In this document: one piece after another, positions 56,004 to 64,000 of the stretch | Layout: every line of letters starts with the position of its first letter | Position numbering within the stretch: the stretch's first letter is position 1 | From: the human T2T-CHM13v2.0 reference genome, Homo sapiens | Reading direction: 5' to 3' (one strand) | Length of the DNA stretch: 64,000 nucleotides | Assembly: GCF_009914755.1 (NCBI RefSeq) | Contig: NC_060927.1 | The notes under the pieces: generated by a model | The model's input: only the letters and a program-made list of their open reading frames with translations | Database searches by the model: none | What the model was told of the DNA's origin: nothing | Made by a program: the position numbers and the translations under genes

Positions 56004-57034
56004 CATGTTAAGTATCCCTTATCCAAAAAGCTTGGGACAAGAAGTGTTTTGGAGTTTTTCAAATTTTGGAATATTTGCATATACATAATGAAATATCTTG
56101 GGGATAGAACCCAAGTCACAACACAAAATTTATGTTTCATATACACCTTGTACACCTAACCTGAAGATAATTTTCTACAATATTTTAAAACAGATTTGAG
56201 CATGAAACAAAGTTTGTGTACGTTGACTCATCAGGAAGCAAAAGTGTCACTATCTCAGCCACTCATGTAGATAATCTGAAGATTTTTTTCTGGCATTACC
56301 ATCACTCCTGACTCTGAATTTATATGCTATTAATAAGCAATCATTTTCTTACACTTATTCACACATAGGTATTTAACTGTAAAAAAGAGGACACACCATT
56401 AATACAGTGAAAAAAATAATGTGTTTGAGGTAACCAAACAGCACAGTGTCATCACCAGAATGCCTGTATCAGCTGTCAAACAACATCCACAAGCAATGGC
56501 AGACTTTCAGTCTCTACCCGCAATCCTCTGTTTAGATTAGAAGGTTACTATACATCGTATTGTATTTTGAGATAGGCGAGAAGAAGAATCAGAAGCACTT
56601 GAGGGCCCTCTAAAGATGAAGAAGCATCCTATTGGATGGCTTCTTAAAATGTTTCTTCCAGAATGTCATCTGCCTCATTAACAACTTGTTTTAATTTTTC
56701 ATTTTTTTGTCTTAGAATTATTTATTTGATTTTATAGCTTACGTGATTTCTTGTTCTGTGATGAATGCATACTGCCCTAGTCCTTCAATAAGCCCATCAC
56801 ACATTTTCACCATGCCATCTCTAGATAATTTTTCTGCAGTGTTAACAATGTCAGTCATCTTCATCATCACTGTTATCATGATCACTAGTCTGTTGTGTGC
56901 CTGCATTTTGATTGCAACCAATCATGTGAGGTCAACTGTATTATTTCCACTTGTGGCATCAAATGGGCACTCAAAAGTTTTGGATTTTGAAGCATTTCAG
57001 ATTTCAAATTTTGGGATTAGGAATGCTTAACCTG
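56004..57034 (-). mobile_element. Tigger4 (Zombi), internally deleted DNA transposon
   Basis: TIRs CATGTTAAGTATCCCTTATCC / GGATTAGGAATGCTTAACCTG and TA TSDs. ORF 56739-56921 VNTAEK..MVKMCDGLIEGL..FITEQEI is the transposase C-terminus. Confidence 0.88.
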
Positions 57035-58116
57035 TACAGGATTTTGAAATATTAAGAAGTAATTTCTTTCTCAATCCTAAAAACACTTTCTCTCTCTAAA
57101 ATAAAATCGATTATTTTCTTAGGTTTTTAATTTAAGGGATTGCTCTAGGAAAGTCATTATAATATTTAACAAACATTTTTAGTAATAAATTTTTTAAATA
57201 TCTGTTTTTACTCTTTTCCAAATGGTCTTTTTCATGAATATGAAAACACTTAATGTACTCGGGGGATGTATTTCATGTAAATTTTTATGTCCAAAAACTG
57301 AATTCAATTTTTTATTGACATTAAACACAACAACATCTGCAAGTCATTAAAAGGAAATTCCTTTGGAAAACACTATAGTTTGACTCTACTGAATGATTTT
57401 TCACTTGGAATAAATTCATTCATATGTTTCATGATATTCCAAAAGCAGTTATGACCTAGATTAACAAAAATAAATTTTATTTTCATTAATATATTAGACA
57501 TCAGGTTTTACAAACTACTTTTTCAATAATCAGTGTGTTCCTGATAATGTCTTTGGACATTGAATTTTATATTACAATAATTATTTTATCAGTTATAAAA
57601 AGTATCATTCTTTTAAAAGGACACTTCAAAATAGTAAAAGAATTCTTTGAAAAAATCACCCCTTATGTCACCGGCTGTAAAATAATTCTACATAATACCA
57701 TCTAACCATTTTCCACAATGAAAAATATTTTACACAGTTATACAGTGTTTTTAAAATGAGCACACACAACAAATCCTGTTTCTCACATATTTCAATACTA
57801 ATTTCAGAGATGTAAAGATAAATATGTGTATGTAAATGTCTATATATGTATGTAAATGTCTATATAAACACATTTACATACATATAAAAATGCCCTCAGA
57901 ATATGTTAGAAGTCACTTATCTGAACGTCTAATATTTAGGTGGCCTGTATAGAATTGATATGCTTTAAAAATATAAAATGTAAATATTTAAAAATTTGGT
58001 CAACTTTTCTTGTCTTTTTTCCTTATCAAGAAAATAGTACTAAAAGAAATAAATTGTCTTAGTGAATGCTTCTCTTTTTTGATCTCATTAATATAAGGAT
58101 AATGATCCTGCTTATA

Positions 58117-58465
58117 CAGATGCTCCTTGACTTAACGTAACATTTCATCTCCATAAACATTGTAAGTTGAAAATATCATAACTTAAAAGTGCCTTTAATA
58201 CACCTAAACTACTTAACCTTGTAGCTTAGCCTAGGCTACCTTAAATGTGCTCAGACACCTTAAATTAGGCTACAGTTGGGCAAAACCATCTGGCAACACA
58301 GGACACTACAGAGTACCAGTTGATTACCCTCGTGATGGCATGGCTGACTGGGAGCTGCAGCATCACAAGAGAGCGTCTTACCACTTTCTATTGAATGTGC
58401 ATGGTTTTTGCACCATCATAAAGTCAAAAAGTCAAGTCAAACCATTGTAAATTGGGGACCGTCTG
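58117..58465 (+). mobile_element. MER47 (Tigger-derived MITE)
   Basis: TIRs CAGATGCTCCTTGACTTA / TAAATTGGGGACCGTCTG, flanked by TA. Confidence 0.85.
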
Positions 58466-59577
58466 TACATCAGTTTTTTATCCCTTTGATTTGTATACTA
58501 AATAGATGCAAGCATAAAAAGAATAAGAAGATTTAAGGAGAAAATTATCTTCCTTTTCTACAACAGCAGAAATATGTGTTACTTCAGGATATCATTCAGT
58601 TGTTCTATAAGAAATTGCTGAACTTTAGGAAGTATTAACAAATAATCTAAACCAAGATCTTGTTTGCTTGTACAGTACTCAGATATTCTGAAGTCTTTCT
58701 TGAAATCTTTCTTTGTAATCTTTGACTGGTACCCATTTCATTGATCAGTCAAAAGATAATATGCATTTTAATTTTGGACTAATAAATGTGGGGTTGGACT
58801 AAGGCAAAAGAGAAATGTTCCCATATACTCTATCAGAATTTGATCTCAAGGTAATACAAACATGGACACCCCAGCAATGGAAAGATACATTATTATATTT
58901 TTAAATAATTAGAGTCCTTTTTAACCATATTTTGAAGAGTTGATAGTTGTAGATGTGGGGAAGGGGACCATTGTTCCTTCTCCAATCCTAAACAGCAAAT
59001 ACAGAAAAAAATTATGTATATGATATATGCAATTTATATACATATAATTACATGTAGATAAATAGTGACCAACACACAATATATCATTTTTATCATTTCT
59101 GTGACATAATTATATTCATATAAATTTTATATTTATATATAATATATATCATCCATATCTATCTATATACCATCAATTATGAAAAATAAACTTTTTTATA
59201 ATTCTTCTATCATGGACCAACAGTGACCACTTTCTTTTTTTAAGTTTTCTTTCTTACTTAAAGCTTCTAGAAAGAAGAGTTATTGGGCACCCTCTTTTCT
59301 CTTCATTTTTCAAAGGAAAAAAGAACAAAAGTGTTTTTATGAAAAGTGAGATGTGTTTTATTTTAGCTAACCAAGGATGGCAGATTTTTATAACAACACT
59401 ACCATCTGCTGGAATTTAAGAGTATTGTTGCTAACATTTTGGAAGCCTTGGGTTGCATTTTTACAACTATTGGCCTAAAGTGGTTTTTATTATATACTTT
59501 TTAACAGCACTACGTGACTATTTCCAAAGGGAAGTTTACTGGTAGGTGCAATCTCCACCTCCTTACAAGTCACACAA

Positions 59578-63000
<3,423 letters not shown>

Positions 63001-63231
63001 TAAACTAAAAGTTTAACTAGCTTCTTTTTCCTTTAATTAATTTTCTGGGATCCTACCCCTATTTATAAATATACAAAATGACTCACTCATTCAACAAATA
63101 GCAGTTAATAGTCAATAACTGTTGGCTGCATACTAAGAAATATACTACATATTAAAGACATACAGTTAAATAAAATATTAGTCTCTAGGTCTTAGCCTAT
63201 CAGGAGACCTAGACCAAAATAAAGTGTTGCA

Positions 63232-63440
63232 TTACAGCATGGGAAGTGCCATCATCCAGCTCTGGTCAGAGATAGAAGCTCCAACAATGAGCCTTTTCTC
63301 TCTGTCAGTCTGGGTGTACCCTGGGTGTAAATATTGGGGACGGTGGCGTTTTCTGAGGAAAAGATGCATATCTTGAGTCTTGACATTTGAGTTGGAATTA
63401 TTCAGACAGATAAGAACAAATAAATTTTTAAGAGTCTGGC
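63232..63440 (-). pseudogene. Probable VTG relic, start of the alpha-helical domain
   Basis: ORF 63232-63468 has QTLKN..ICLNN..HLFL..SWMMALPM versus ETLQHIVLNN..YRFL..RWLLSAV. Confidence 0.4.
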
Positions 63441-63901
63441 AAGTAAGATTTGGAAACAAGCCTTCCATACCACAATCACTTGTGTTTATTCATAACTTCA
63501 CTTTTTCATTCTTTCATTCATTTGGCAGATGTTTCTGAACAACATCAGAAGGAAGGCCAGGAAAAAAGATTATAAGATTATAAAATAAATAGCTGCAATG
63601 CATATGATAACTGTGATAAAAATTTGTACAATAAGAACATTCACTCACTTATTCAACTAGGACTCAGGAAATATCCAGGCACAGGAGACAAGATGACATC
63701 ATCCATGCCTTCAAGGAACAGGAAAAACACAAATCGGAATAGTCACATAGTAATAATCTCATCTAACTCTGCACAAAGGGGAAACATTGAAATGTCTGTC
63801 ATGCCAGGCTCTACTCCTTGGAGAAATGGTTAGCTGCAAAGATTTTGTAAAACCAGTTTGCATTCGCTAGCTAAATAAGTTAGAATGATTGAAGGTTATC
63901 A

Positions 63902-63984
63902 TTATATTGGTGCAACAGTAATTGTGGTTTTTGCCTTAAAAAAAAAAAAAGTCAAAAACCGCAATTACTTTTGCACCAACCTAA
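63902..63984. mobile_element. MADE1 (Hsmar1 MITE) palindrome
   Basis: TTGGTGCAACAGTAATTGTGGTTTTTG...CAAAAACCGCAATTACTTTTGCACCAACCTAA followed by TA. Confidence 0.95.
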
Positions 63985-64000
63985 TAGCTTGAGAGCTATA

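Overview
This is AT-rich, gene-poor primate (human-like) genomic DNA, more than half of it interspersed repeats: Alu, L1, L2/L3/MIR, MaLR, DNA transposon fossils and a complete 5.85-kb HERV-H provirus with a 5-bp TSD. No intact protein-coding gene, RNA gene or CRISPR array is visible, and most ORF-track entries are repeat-derived. The main result lies in the unique sequence between the repeats. On the minus strand, from about 63.4 kb down to about 2.5 kb, there is a collinear series of heavily decayed exon relics. Their translations match vertebrate vitellogenin (egg-yolk precursor) in domain order: lipovitellin-1, post-phosvitin/lipovitellin-2, vWD, C-terminus. This points to a fossil unitary VTG pseudogene spanning almost the whole window, with HERV-H inserted antisense inside it. 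The VTG matches were made by eye against my recollection of chicken VTG2 and fish Vtg sequences and need tBLASTn/GeneWise confirmation. Repeat subfamily names are also by eye, and boundaries without TSDs are approximate.
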